Shown: in pieces, positions 30,854 through 40,882 of the stretch
How positions within the stretch are numbered: the stretch's first letter is position 1
Layout: every line of letters starts with the position of its first letter
Assembly: GCA_902596545.1 (NCBI GenBank)
Contig: CACJUH010000001.1
Location: forward strand, 70,858-134,857
Direction: 5' to 3'
DNA length: 64,000 bases
Source of the DNA: an uncultured Candidatus Actinomarina sp.
GTDB lineage: Bacteria > Actinomycetota > Acidimicrobiia > Actinomarinales > Actinomarinaceae
Translations under genes and position numbers: made by a program
Notes under the pieces: generated by a model
The model's input: only the letters and a program-made list of their open reading frames with translations
The model's database searches: none
Told to the model about the DNA's origin: nothing

Positions 30854-32121
30854 GAAGCAGAATTGTTGGCGAAGTTAATATAGTAGGTGACAAATCTATT
30901 TCGCATAGAGCTATAATTTTATCTTCACTAGCTTCTGGTAAATCTATGTTGTCTAATGTATTAATCTCTGGTGATACAAAAGCAACAATAAATATATTTA
31001 AAAATCTAGGTGTTGAGATTAATGAAATTTCAAACAATCAATTAGAAATTCATGGTGTCGGTTTAAATGGATTGAATGAATCAAAGGAACCGCTTAATGC
31101 TATTAATTCTGGCACAACTGCAAGACTTCTTATAGGTCTTCTTTCAAAACAAAAATTCGAAAGTGATTTAATAGGTAGTACTCAACTAAACAAAAGACCA
31201 ATGAGTAGGGTAATTGATCCTTTAGTCAATGAAGGTGCCAAAATTTCAGGTAATAGAGGTAGCCTTCCCATAAAAATTAAACCTTCAGATTACTCCTTTG
31301 AAAACATTCATTCAACTAAACCAAGCGCACAGGTAAAAAGTAGTTTTCTACTTGCTAGTTTATATCATAAAGCACCAACTACTATCTCTGAAATAGTACT
31401 AACCAGAGATCACACAGAAAGAATGCTGAGTCTAATGGGTGTTAACATTGTAAGACTTGGAAATACTTCTACTGTTGCCCCAATAAATGAAATAACAAGT
31501 ATAGATTATTTAGTTCCAGGAGATCCTTCATCTGCAGCATTTTTGATTGCTATAGGATTGTTGAAGAGCAAAAAAGTTGTAATCAAAAATGTTTTATTAA
31601 ATGAGAGAAGAATTGGGTTTTTAAAAGTTCTAAAAAGAATGAATGCTGATATTTTATTGGAAAATATAGAAAATTTTCAAAACGAACCAGTTGGAGATAT
31701 TGTAGTTAAAAAATCAAAACTTCAAGGTGTTACTATCGATGGTTCTGACGTGGTTGATATGGTAGATGAAATTCCAATATTTACACTCTTAGCATCTCAA
31801 GCAGAAGGTATTACAAAGGTAATAGGCGCTCAAGAATTAAGAGTCAAGGAGTCTGATCGTTTGGCAGCTATGGAAAATTTTATAAATGAACTAGATGGTG
31901 AAATTACTACTTTCGAAGATGGTTTTGAAATAAATGGTAAGCAAAATTTACAGAGTGGAGTAGTAGAAACTCTTGAAGACCACCGAATAGCAATGACTGC
32001 TGTCGTAGCAAATATATGTATAGATTCACAGATTAAAGCAGACAATATTGATTGTATAAGCGATTCATATCCGGATTTTTTTTACGACTTAGAAAAAATT
32101 GGAGCGAATTATGAATCTTAA
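30850..32121 (+). CDS. aroA: 3-phosphoshikimate 1-carboxyvinyltransferase (EPSP synthase)
   Basis: 423 aa, GDKSISHRAIILSSLA motif. Confidence 0.93.
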   Translation: MRSRIVGEVNIVGDKSISHRAIILSSLASGKSMLSNVLISGDTKATINIFKNLGVEINEISNNQLEIHGVGLNGLNESKEPLNAINSGTTARLLIGLLSKQKFESDLIGSTQLNKRPMSRVIDPLVNEGAKISGNRGSLPIKIKPSDYSFENIHSTKPSAQVKSSFLLASLYHKAPTTISEIVLTRDHTERMLSLMGVNIVRLGNTSTVAPINEITSIDYLVPGDPSSAAFLIAIGLLKSKKVVIKNVLLNERRIGFLKVLKRMNADILLENIENFQNEPVGDIVVKKSKLQGVTIDGSDVVDMVDEIPIFTLLASQAEGITKVIGAQELRVKESDRLAAMENFINELDGEITTFEDGFEINGKQNLQSGVVETLEDHRIAMTAVVANICIDSQIKADNIDCISDSYPDFFYDLEKIGANYES

Positions 32122-32905
32122 GCTTGGAATTGTAGGTTGGCCACTTACTAAAACATATTCACCATTAATTCATAAACTTCTAGGTGAGTTTTTAGGAATA
32201 AATGTTGAGTATCAAAAAGTTCCAATAGAAAATCTGGATAGACAAAAAATTCAAGATGTTAATTCAAAATTTGATGGTTACAATATTACAGTTCCACATA
32301 AAAACAAAATAATTGAATTAATAGAAAATACAGATGGTTACTTGCCTGATCACCACGTAAAAGAATTAGGCATTTGTAATACAATTAAGTTAGTCGATAA
32401 TAATATCTATGCATTCAACACTGACATAGAGGGAATAAATAAAACCTTAGAATCAATTTATACAAAAATTAATAATAAGAATTTCTTAATTTTAGGTAGT
32501 GGTGGAAGTTCAAAAACAATTGAGTATTTATTTAAGGAACACAATACAGTACAAATAGCTTCTAGGGAGCCTAATTTGGATTCCATTTCATACAATGAAA
32601 TAAATGATATAGCTCCAAAAATAGATATATTAATTAACACAACACCTATAGGAATGCCACCTTTTGAAGAGGAGAGCCTAAATATTCCATTCGATCAATT
32701 CAACAATTTAGAAGTATTTTTCAATCTGGGTTATAACGTTAAAGAAAACTTTACATCTAAATTTTCAGAGGATGTCATTAAAATCGATGGAATAAAAATG
32801 TTAATTACTCAAGCAGTTGCTTCTTTTAACATTTGGGCAGACTCAGAAATCAAATTAGAAGATGTGTACCATAACATAACAGAAAGGCTAAAAAATGAAA
32901 ATTAG
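32111..32905 (+). CDS. aroE: Shikimate dehydrogenase
   Basis: Trimmed to MNLKLGIVGWPLTKTYSPLIH. GSGG NADP-binding motif. Confidence 0.88.
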   Translation: MNLKLGIVGWPLTKTYSPLIHKLLGEFLGINVEYQKVPIENLDRQKIQDVNSKFDGYNITVPHKNKIIELIENTDGYLPDHHVKELGICNTIKLVDNNIYAFNTDIEGINKTLESIYTKINNKNFLILGSGGSSKTIEYLFKEHNTVQIASREPNLDSISYNEINDIAPKIDILINTTPIGMPPFEEESLNIPFDQFNNLEVFFNLGYNVKENFTSKFSEDVIKIDGIKMLITQAVASFNIWADSEIKLEDVYHNITERLKNEN

Positions 32906-34076
32906 ATATCTTACTGCTGGCGAAAGTCATGGACCAGAACTCACTGCAATTTTAGAGGGTATTCCATCTAATTTCATAGTCACAAAAGAATACATTGATA
33001 GTTTTTTATCCAGAAGACAAAAGAGCCTTGGTTCTGGAGGAAGGATGAACATTGAAAAAGATGAGGTATTAATTTCTTCTGGAGTAGTAAACAACAAAAC
33101 TACTGGTGGCCCAATTGCTTTAAAAATTATCAATAGAGATTGGAATAACTGGAAAGATAAAGAAGTAGAACCTTTTGTAGTACCACGTCCAGGACATGCT
33201 GACTTAGTTGGCACATTAAAATATAACCACGAAGATATACGGATCGCGTTGGAAAGAGCAAGTGCACGTGAAACAGCAATAAGATGTGCGGTTGGAGCTA
33301 TAGCCCACCAAATCCTTGATCAGTTAAATATTTCGATAATTGGTTTTGTTTCATCCATAGGAAAGCAAGAACTTGATGTATCAAAATTTATAACCGATAC
33401 AGATTTGAAAGATTCCATTTACAATTCAGAAGTTTCATGTCCAGATGAAGAGACAAGTAAATTAATGATTGATGAAATAAAGTCTGCAAGGAAGAAAAAA
33501 GATACTTTAGGAGGTTCAATAACTTGCGTAGCTAAAAATTTTCCACCCGCTTGTGGTAGTTATGTACATTTTGATCGCAAACTTGATGCAATTATTTCTT
33601 CGTCAATGATGTCAGTACAAAGTGTAAAGGCGGTTGAAATAGGAGATGGATTTGATTCTTCCAAAAAATTTGGAACAGAAGTACAGGATCAAATTGTTTT
33701 AAATGAAAAAAAAGTTGAGAGAATTACAAATAATTTAGGTGGTTTCGAAGGTGGAATGACAACAGGCGAACCTATTGTTGTTACAAGTTATTTAAAACCG
33801 ATTAGCACAACTTTGACACCAATAAAAAGTGTAAACCTTGTAGAACAAGCAGAAACAGAAACAAATTATGAAAGATCTGATACTTGCGCAGTTCCAAGAG
33901 CAGTACCAATATTTGAAAGTGTATTCTCAATTGATTTATTAAATTCACTGTTAGAAAAGACTGGTGGAGACTCAAAGGAAGAAATCCATTCACGAGTTGT
34001 GAAACTTCAAGAATTTACTATTGATGATATTTCACTTTCAAATAAAAATTGGAACATGAAATATGAAAATGAATAA
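32895..34076 (+). CDS. aroC: Chorismate synthase
   Basis: 393 aa, [24 protein letters not shown] signature. Confidence 0.93.
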   Translation: MKIRYLTAGESHGPELTAILEGIPSNFIVTKEYIDSFLSRRQKSLGSGGRMNIEKDEVLISSGVVNNKTTGGPIALKIINRDWNNWKDKEVEPFVVPRPGHADLVGTLKYNHEDIRIALERASARETAIRCAVGAIAHQILDQLNISIIGFVSSIGKQELDVSKFITDTDLKDSIYNSEVSCPDEETSKLMIDEIKSARKKKDTLGGSITCVAKNFPPACGSYVHFDRKLDAIISSSMMSVQSVKAVEIGDGFDSSKKFGTEVQDQIVLNEKKVERITNNLGGFEGGMTTGEPIVVTSYLKPISTTLTPIKSVNLVEQAETETNYERSDTCAVPRAVPIFESVFSIDLLNSLLEKTGGDSKEEIHSRVVKLQEFTIDDISLSNKNWNMKYENE

Positions 34077-34560
34077 ATGTTACTATTTGTCTGGCTTCAT
34101 GGGTGTAGGTAAATCTACTATTCTCAAAAAAATAAAGGAGAGTACTCAACTTTCATGTATAGATCTAGATGCATTAATCGCAGAAAAACACGGTCCTATC
34201 AATGAAATTTTTGAAATAAATGGTGAAGATTACTTTCGTAAGCTGGAGGAGAAAGAGTTTTTTCTTATTAAACCGGAATCCAACCTTGTTGCATTAGGCG
34301 CAGGTGCATTAACAAACAACAATATTTACAAATATATATTAGATAACAAAACAGGTATATATCTAGAAGAAGAATTTCAGACATTGTGGTCAAGAATCCA
34401 AAATTCTGACAGACCGTTAGCAAAATTAGGACACGATTATGTTGAAGATTTATTTAATAATAGAAAAGCAAGATATGAAAATCTGCATATAAAAATTACA
34501 AAATCTAACTTAAATGATGTTATTAATTCGATACTCGATATATTGGCTGGAAAAAAATGA
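34063..34560 (+). CDS. aroK: Shikimate kinase
   Basis: 165 aa, [10 protein letters not shown]-loop. Confidence 0.88.
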   Translation: MKMNKCYYLSGFMGVGKSTILKKIKESTQLSCIDLDALIAEKHGPINEIFEINGEDYFRKLEEKEFFLIKPESNLVALGAGALTNNNIYKYILDNKTGIYLEEEFQTLWSRIQNSDRPLAKLGHDYVEDLFNNRKARYENLHIKITKSNLNDVINSILDILAGKK

Positions 34561-35549
34561 CAAATAATATATATTTGAAAACTAATTTAGAACTTATAGA
34601 ATATTTAAATTCACGATTCTCAGATGAGTCTCTTTTTATCATTGATTCAAATTTGAATAACCTCAAAATTGACGAGCAAGTTAATGCTCAGGTTTCTTAT
34701 TTTGACATTAATGAAGAAACAAAAAACTTGACGTCAGTAGAAAAAATTTGGGATTTACTTTTTCAACACAATTTAAATCGATCAAGTGAAATAGTAATTA
34801 TTGGTGGTGGTGTTCTATTAGATGTGTGTGCGTTTGCATCAAGCACATTTAAAAGGGGTGTTTCGTTTACGTTTGTTCCTTCAACGCTTTTATCAATGGT
34901 TGATGCATCTCATGGTGGAAAGAATGGATTTAATAATACATATGGTAAAAATCAAATTGGTACTTTTACTCTCCCGGAAAGTGTCATTGTTTGCTATCAA
35001 TTACTGGATACTTTGCCTGAAGATAATTATAAAGATGGTCTTATAGAACTAATCAAACATGGAATGATAGCTAATGAAAAAATATTCAATTCTATGATTA
35101 CAAAAACGAGTTTCAATGTTGATTTTGAAATAATAAGAGAAGGTATTGATGTAAAGCTCAAAATTGTCAGTGAAGATTTTTTGGAGGGTGATAAAAGGAA
35201 ATTATTAAATTTTGGACATACGGTGGGACATCTAGTTGAGAAAGACTCTAATTATGAAATTACTCATGGCCAAGCAGTAGCCATAGGTATTTATTACGAA
35301 CTCTTAATTTCAAAAGAGCAATTGGGTCTACCTAAGGAAATTATTGATTCGTATTTAAACTACTTAAATCAAATTGAATATGATTACGAATACAACTTTT
35401 TATCTAATAGTGAAAAATTAATTGAAATGTTAAAACATGACAAAAAGAGTAATGCAAAAGGAGTCGATATAGTTCTGCTGTATGAAATAGGTAATCCAAA
35501 AGTGATTAATCTAACATTTAATGAAGTAATAGAGGTGATTCAGCATTAA
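34557..35549 (+). CDS. aroB: 3-dehydroquinate synthase
   Basis: 330 aa, [22 protein letters not shown]-binding glycine motif, HG...H metal ligands. Confidence 0.9.
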   Translation: MTNNIYLKTNLELIEYLNSRFSDESLFIIDSNLNNLKIDEQVNAQVSYFDINEETKNLTSVEKIWDLLFQHNLNRSSEIVIIGGGVLLDVCAFASSTFKRGVSFTFVPSTLLSMVDASHGGKNGFNNTYGKNQIGTFTLPESVIVCYQLLDTLPEDNYKDGLIELIKHGMIANEKIFNSMITKTSFNVDFEIIREGIDVKLKIVSEDFLEGDKRKLLNFGHTVGHLVEKDSNYEITHGQAVAIGIYYELLISKEQLGLPKEIIDSYLNYLNQIEYDYEYNFLSNSEKLIEMLKHDKKSNAKGVDIVLLYEIGNPKVINLTFNEVIEVIQH

Positions 35550-35982
35550 AAAAATATATATTATTAATGGTCCAAATTTAAATTTCCTAGGAATAAGAGA
35601 GTTGGAGAAATATGGTGAAACTGATTACACAACTCTTTTAAAGTTACTTGATAACAAAGCAAAAGCATTAGATATTGAGATTGAACATTTTCAATCAAAT
35701 GTTGAGGGAGAATTAGTTAACTTTATTCAATCGATTCATGATTCACTTGACTCTTGGGTAGTAATCAACCCAGGTGCTTTTACCCATACAAGTATCGCTT
35801 TGAGGGACGCTTTAAATACACTAAGTGCTCAAAATAAAATTATTGAAGTTCATATATCAAACATTGAAGAACGAGAAGATTACAGAAAATTTAATCTAAT
35901 CAAAGAATTTTGTGAAATTTCGATAATAGGTGAGGGCATAGAAGGATATTTTCAAGCATTGGATTATATAAATGACAAATAA
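35545..35982 (+). CDS. aroQ: 3-dehydroquinate dehydratase type II. The true start codon is non-canonical (ATT 35545 or ATA 35554)
   Basis: In-frame upstream of the first canonical start (TTG 35602), the sequence encodes [25 protein letters not shown]. This is the conserved type II DHQase N-terminus with its essential Arg and Tyr. The frame has no ATG, GTG or TTG between the aroB stop and 35602. Confidence 0.75.
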   Translation: MKKIYIINGPNLNFLGIRELEKYGETDYTTLLKLLDNKAKALDIEIEHFQSNVEGELVNFIQSIHDSLDSWVVINPGAFTHTSIALRDALNTLSAQNKIIEVHISNIEEREDYRKFNLIKEFCEISIIGEGIEGYFQALDYINDK

Positions 35983-36793
35983 TTTTAAGATTGCGTATCA
36001 AGGCTCAGAGGGTTCTTATTCGGAAGAGCTGCTAAAAAAAGAATTTTCAAATTATTCTTTTATTGCCTGTGAAAGTTTTACAGAGTTACTTAACAAAGTT
36101 AGTAGTGAAAGTTGCCTAGGCCTCTTACCAGTAGAAAATTCAATTGCAGGTACTGTTAATGAGGCTTACGAAGAATTAATCAATAGTGGGTTAGAAATAT
36201 TTGGAGAATTTATTAAAAAGATTGATCATACTTTAATAGGTCTTTCAAATTCTAAGTTTGAAGAAATTACTCATGTGATTTCACATCCACAGGCATTACA
36301 ACAATGTAGTAAATTTCTACAAGATTCAAAGTTAAGAATTACACCGGTTTTTGACACTGCAGGAAGCGTTTTTGAAATATTGGAAACAAAAGACATTAAT
36401 ACAGCAGCAATAGCAGGGGAGCACTTTAAAAACGATGAACGATTTAAGATTCTTAAAGAAAATATTTCAAACCATCAAGAAAATTTCACTAGATTTCTCT
36501 TAATTGGGAATGAAAAATTGGAATCCAATAAAGAAAATAATAAATATTCATCTGTACTTATTTCAGATGATAAACCAGGTTCATTACTTAAAGCACTCAA
36601 TATATTTAGCGATCTTAATATAAACTTAACAAAACTTGAATCAAGGCCAATATTAGGAAGGCCTTGGGAATACAAGTTTTATATCGATTATGAACTTCAA
36701 AATGTAAAAACACAAATGGAGCTTATAGATGGAATAAAAAAAGTTTCAAAAGAATTTATTATTTTAGGACATTACCCAAAAGCTAATCCTTAA
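35972..36793 (+). CDS. pheA: Prephenate dehydratase with a C-terminal ACT domain
   Basis: 273 aa, PDT domain plus ACT (GSLLKALNIFSDLNINLTKLESRP). Confidence 0.9.
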   Translation: MTNNFKIAYQGSEGSYSEELLKKEFSNYSFIACESFTELLNKVSSESCLGLLPVENSIAGTVNEAYEELINSGLEIFGEFIKKIDHTLIGLSNSKFEEITHVISHPQALQQCSKFLQDSKLRITPVFDTAGSVFEILETKDINTAAIAGEHFKNDERFKILKENISNHQENFTRFLLIGNEKLESNKENNKYSSVLISDDKPGSLLKALNIFSDLNINLTKLESRPILGRPWEYKFYIDYELQNVKTQMELIDGIKKVSKEFIILGHYPKANP

Positions 36794-37859
36794 TTTTCCA
36801 CTCTATCTTATCTGTTGAATCTTCAATTTGAATATTTGAAGATTCAAGAATATCTCTTATCATGTCAGACATTTCATATTTTTTTTCACTTCTTAGCTTT
36901 AACCGCAAATCAATTAATTGGGTTACTAATTCTCTAAATGTTTTGTTGTTAGATTCGTTTTCTTCAATTTGTATTTCGAGATTCGCAATTTTTCTTAAAG
37001 TTTCATCTGATTTATTTTGTTTAGCCTCTTGATTTATTTCAGATGGTTTATCTTTGTGGCTTTTACTTAAATGATTTTGCAAAGTGGTTAAATCGTAAGC
37101 TTCTCCAGATTTGAATTCTAGAGTTTTATCCTCATTAATGACGGTAACTTGTCCAAGTCCATAAACTTCAAACGTATTTTCTTTACCAGAAATTATCAAT
37201 GCAGTGTGTTCATCAATTCCAAGTAGATTAGAATAATTTATTTCCATTAATTTACTCATCCTATTTTTACCTACATAACTAAAACTTGTATCGTGATTTC
37301 CTCCCTCTCTATTATTAAAGTGAGGCACTACAGTACAAGACAAACCGTATAAGCCAAGCAAATCAAGTCCTTCTTCCCAATATGGATCTATCCCAACCTT
37401 ATATATTTCATAAACAGGTAAAGTGTTTTCTCCCAGTGTTGTTGCTGCAGCACTTGCAAATAGAGCGTTTGCACCTTTTTTAATATGATTAAACAATGTT
37501 TCTTCAATTTCATTGTTCACCCACAGTTTGCTTGCATAACTGGGACTACCAGGGCCTGCAAATATAAAATCTGCTTTTTCTAATAAAGATATCGTTTTAA
37601 AGAATGATTTTGTATTTAATTCTTCTATGTTTCTGTAAGATGCTAATTTAATTTTTATATTTAAACTTAAATCATAAAAATCTTGAATTTTTTCAACAAG
37701 TTGTTCAGCATTTTCCTGAAAACCAAATGGTGAATCTAGCATGTATGCTTTTACAGGTTTAGGAATTTCCTGTAATAGTTTTCTATGTACTGCAACTAAA
37801 TTAGGACTTGTTTCACCAGACCCTAATATTGCAATTGTTCCAAGTTGATTTGACATCAA
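36783..37859 (-). CDS. Peptidase S51-like (PepE/cyanophycinase-fold) protein with a ~110 aa C-terminal coiled-coil extension
   Basis: 358 aa. The motif order ILGSGETSP ... FIFAGPGSP ... FASAAATTLG ... VVPHF parallels PepE FIPFAG / IIVGGGNT / GWSAGAN / INPHF. The tail is charged and heptad-rich. Confidence 0.45.
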   Translation of the reverse strand: MMSNQLGTIAILGSGETSPNLVAVHRKLLQEIPKPVKAYMLDSPFGFQENAEQLVEKIQDFYDLSLNIKIKLASYRNIEELNTKSFFKTISLLEKADFIFAGPGSPSYASKLWVNNEIEETLFNHIKKGANALFASAAATTLGENTLPVYEIYKVGIDPYWEEGLDLLGLYGLSCTVVPHFNNREGGNHDTSFSYVGKNRMSKLMEINYSNLLGIDEHTALIISGKENTFEVYGLGQVTVINEDKTLEFKSGEAYDLTTLQNHLSKSHKDKPSEINQEAKQNKSDETLRKIANLEIQIEENESNNKTFRELVTQLIDLRLKLRSEKKYEMSDMIRDILESSNIQIEDSTDKIEWKIKD

Positions 37860-37907
37860 CCTATTATATATTTTTTTTGTTTTGAACCAAAGGTGTATAA
37901 TTAAAGT

Positions 37908-38906
37908 GTGATATCAATTTTAGCTAAAATATTGGAAAAATTTACTATTGAGATTATCCCGACTCTTCCAATGTTTATGAGAACACCTTTATATCTAAAT
38001 ATATTAAAGCTCAGAAAAGTAAAAGACAGATTGAGGCTTGATGTTACTAAAAAAAATCCTACTTTTGAAGATCGTTTGGATTATGCTCTAGACTCTCGAG
38101 CAAATTTAAATAATTCAGGTGAAAAGTTACACAATTTTAATTCCAATGTCGTACTTGAAGAAATAAAAGATGGGCCAGTAAGAATTTATAAATTTATTCC
38201 ACCAAATTCTAGTAAAGATAAATACGGAATCTATTTTCATGGGGGAGGATATTTTGCAGGAAGTATTACCTCACATAAAAATTTAATTTCCCAAATATCT
38301 AATGATTCAAATTTAACTGTTTATTTCTTTGAATATAGATTAAGTCCAGAATACAATTTTCCATCTGCACATGAAGACGCAAAGCTTGCGGTAGATTTTA
38401 TAAAAACTCTTCATCCGGATGATCAAAGTATCTGGATAGGGGAATCTGCTGGTGGAGGTCTTGCTACAGGGCTAGTAGTAGATAAAGAGTATCTTGAAAA
38501 ACCAGATAATCTAATACTTTTATCTCCATGGCTTGATTTGTCTGATAATTTTGAGGATAAGAAATTTTTCAAAAATAGTGATGTGACGATAATTATTGAA
38601 GGTATGTTTGAAGTAGGAGAATATTATGCAGGCGAATATGGAACAAAAAATCCAATATTATCTCCGGTATATGCTGATGTCGATGATTTTCCAGATGTAC
38701 TAATTCAGGTATGCACCGATGAGCTTCTTTACAATGATGCAATAGAATTTGTAAAAAAATTAGAAGATAAGAATATAAATGTTCAACTGCAAACTTGGGA
38801 TGGAGTTTGGCATGCTTGGCAATTCTTTCCAATTAAAGAAGCATATGAAGCACTTGAAAAGATTGTAGAGTATATTAAATCTTTAGAGTTTCACTCTTCT
38901 AAATGA
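37908..38906 (+). CDS. Alpha/beta-hydrolase fold esterase/lipase (HGGG / GxSxG family)
   Basis: HGGGYFAGS oxyanion motif and GESAGGGLA nucleophile elbow. GTG start. The true start may be downstream (MFMRTP). Confidence 0.75.
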   Translation: MISILAKILEKFTIEIIPTLPMFMRTPLYLNILKLRKVKDRLRLDVTKKNPTFEDRLDYALDSRANLNNSGEKLHNFNSNVVLEEIKDGPVRIYKFIPPNSSKDKYGIYFHGGGYFAGSITSHKNLISQISNDSNLTVYFFEYRLSPEYNFPSAHEDAKLAVDFIKTLHPDDQSIWIGESAGGGLATGLVVDKEYLEKPDNLILLSPWLDLSDNFEDKKFFKNSDVTIIIEGMFEVGEYYAGEYGTKNPILSPVYADVDDFPDVLIQVCTDELLYNDAIEFVKKLEDKNINVQLQTWDGVWHAWQFFPIKEAYEALEKIVEYIKSLEFHSSK

Positions 38907-39637
38907 TGTAGGGCAAACCCATAAGGTAATTCAAGCCGATTTTCTTCCATTATTTTTTTATCTTTAAGAATCTCATAGGTTTTCATATCAGTAGTAATTG
39001 CTCCATTATTTAAAATAATACTCCTGTCACAAATCTCTAGAGCCATTGGTAAATCATGAGTTACCAATATAAGTGAAATTTCCAAACTTTTTAGAATTTC
39101 GATTAATTCTCTTCGAGATGCTGGATCAAGATTAGAACTAGGTTCATCTAGAACTAGAAGCTCAGGTTCTGATGCTAAAACACTAGCAATAGCAACTTTT
39201 CTTTTTTGGCCAAAGCTTAAATGGTGTGGAGGCTTATCAATGAAATTATCCATCTTAACTTTTTTTAATGCATTTATAGCATTATTTTCTGCTTCTTCAT
39301 TTGAAAAGCCAAAGTTCTTAGGTCCAAACATAACATCTTCTAATACTGTAGGCATAAATAATTGGTCATCTGGGTCCTGGAAAACTAATCCTACAGTTTT
39401 ACGAATTCTGCTAATGTTTTGTTCATTATATAAGAAATTATCAATTTTAATTTTTTCATCAAGATTTCCAAGAATTCCATTTAAATGAAGAATAAGAGTT
39501 GTTTTTCCTGCACCATTTGGACCAAGAACTGCAATTCTCTCGTTTTTCTTAATTTGAAAATTAATATTATGTAAAGCTTTAAATCCATCTGGATACTCAA
39601 AATTTAAATTATTTACACTTAGGTAGCTATTATTCAT
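38891..39637 (-). CDS. ECF-type transporter ATPase (CbiO/EcfA-like)
   Basis: 248 aa. Walker A GPNGAGKTT, signature LSFGQKRKV, Walker B LLVLDEP. Confidence 0.85.
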   Translation of the reverse strand: MNNSYLSVNNLNFEYPDGFKALHNINFQIKKNERIAVLGPNGAGKTTLILHLNGILGNLDEKIKIDNFLYNEQNISRIRKTVGLVFQDPDDQLFMPTVLEDVMFGPKNFGFSNEEAENNAINALKKVKMDNFIDKPPHHLSFGQKRKVAIASVLASEPELLVLDEPSSNLDPASRRELIEILKSLEISLILVTHDLPMALEICDRSIILNNGAITTDMKTYEILKDKKIMEENRLELPYGFALHHLEE

Positions 39638-40398
39638 ATGAGAAATCTTTCTACAATAGTTGTAGCAATTGAAATAAATGATAAATAATAAAGAAGATAG
39701 GACTTTTTAAATTCTCTTTTCTTAAGTTCAATTGAACCGTTAAAACCTCTTGATATCATTGAGTTATAAACTCTTTCACCTCTTTCATACCCTCTTATCA
39801 ACATTGCACCAGAAGCATATGCAATTGGTTTTAATCCCCTTAATCCTTTTTGATCATAACCTCTTGATTTCATAGCAACTTTAACTCTTTTAAATTCATC
39901 AATAAAAACATCAATATATCTAATTGCAAAAGATAATATTGAAATTAACAACGGTGAAATTTTTAATTTTTGCAAACCATAAATAATCTCAATATTTGAT
40001 GTAGTAGCAGTTAAAACAATTGCTAACGAAACACACAGTGTAATTTTAATTAATATTGAAATCATTTCGTTGAAACCAGTTTCATAAATAGGCAATGAAA
40101 AAAATTCAAACATAACAGTACTGTCTCCCTTACTTAAAAAAGGGAGAAATAAAGCAAACAGTACAAAGGGTATATCGATTGAAAGTCTTTTAAAATATGT
40201 TGATATTTTTATTTTAGATAAATACAACAACAATAATACAACGAAAGTTTGTACAACTATTGCTAAATTTTTCTCAAGGCTTAAAAAAGCAATAGACAAA
40301 ACAATTATAAATGTTGTTGCAATTTTGATTTCAGGTCTGATATTGCTGAGAACAGAGTTACTGTGAATTTCTAGATGATGAGAGTGTGTTGTTTCCAT
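39634..40398 (-). CDS. ECF transporter transmembrane T component (CbiQ/EcfT-like)
   Basis: 254 aa, 5-6 TM helices, C-terminal AMKSRGY...IRGYERG motifs typical of CbiQ/EcfT. Confidence 0.75.
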   Translation of the reverse strand: METTHSHHLEIHSNSVLSNIRPEIKIATTFIIVLSIAFLSLEKNLAIVVQTFVVLLLLYLSKIKISTYFKRLSIDIPFVLFALFLPFLSKGDSTVMFEFFSLPIYETGFNEMISILIKITLCVSLAIVLTATTSNIEIIYGLQKLKISPLLISILSFAIRYIDVFIDEFKRVKVAMKSRGYDQKGLRGLKPIAYASGAMLIRGYERGERVYNSMISRGFNGSIELKKREFKKSYLLYYLSFISIATTIVERFLI

Positions 40399-40404
40399 AT
40401 AAAA

Positions 40405-40437
40405 ATATGTTAATGCAAATTATTTGCAATAACATAT
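40405..40437. promoter_or_regulatory. 33-bp near-perfect palindrome between the fur-family gene and the ECF T gene
   Basis: atatgttaatgcaaat-t-atttgcaataacatat, 15 of 16 arm positions complementary. It is a candidate metalloregulator operator and/or bidirectional terminator. Confidence 0.5.
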
Positions 40438-40854
40438 TTATTTACACTTTTTACATATACCTGAATATATAAAATGATGATTTATACTCTTAAAATTACT
40501 ATCTTTAATTAAAATTTTGTTAATTTCCTCTTTAGTTTCTGTTTTCAAATCAGAGATTGAATTGCACGAATCACAAATAATATGGTTATTATCATATTCA
40601 CTTTTTAAATAATATATTCCTGAACCATGAACTTGGTGAGAGTGTTCAACAATGTCTACTTTTTCTAACAACTCTAGAGTTCTATAAACAGTTGCCAAAT
40701 CTATATTTTGATCTTTTTTCAATGCTAAATTATGTAATTTTTCAACAGTAAAATGTTCGTGTCCTGCAGTTTCTAAAATGTTACAAATCACCTCCCGCGG
40801 ACTAGTGATTCTGTGACCCCTTTTTTTTAATTCATTAACGAAATCCATATTCAA
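40438..40854 (-). CDS. Fur-family metalloregulator (Fur/Zur/Nur-like)
   Basis: 138 aa. N-terminal winged helix (RITSPREVI...ATVYRTLELLE). Metal sites HxHxxC..C (HIICDSC) and C-terminal CKKC. Confidence 0.85.
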   Translation of the reverse strand: MNMDFVNELKKRGHRITSPREVICNILETAGHEHFTVEKLHNLALKKDQNIDLATVYRTLELLEKVDIVEHSHQVHGSGIYYLKSEYDNNHIICDSCNSISDLKTETKEEINKILIKDSNFKSINHHFIYSGICKKCK

Positions 40855-40882
40855 GTATATTATAAGGTTTGATAAGGGACTT

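Noticed and set aside
35602-35604. TTG 35602 as the aroQ start, as given by the ORF track
   Set aside because: It would delete the conserved N-terminal beta strand and lid-loop Arg, which are encoded in-frame immediately upstream.
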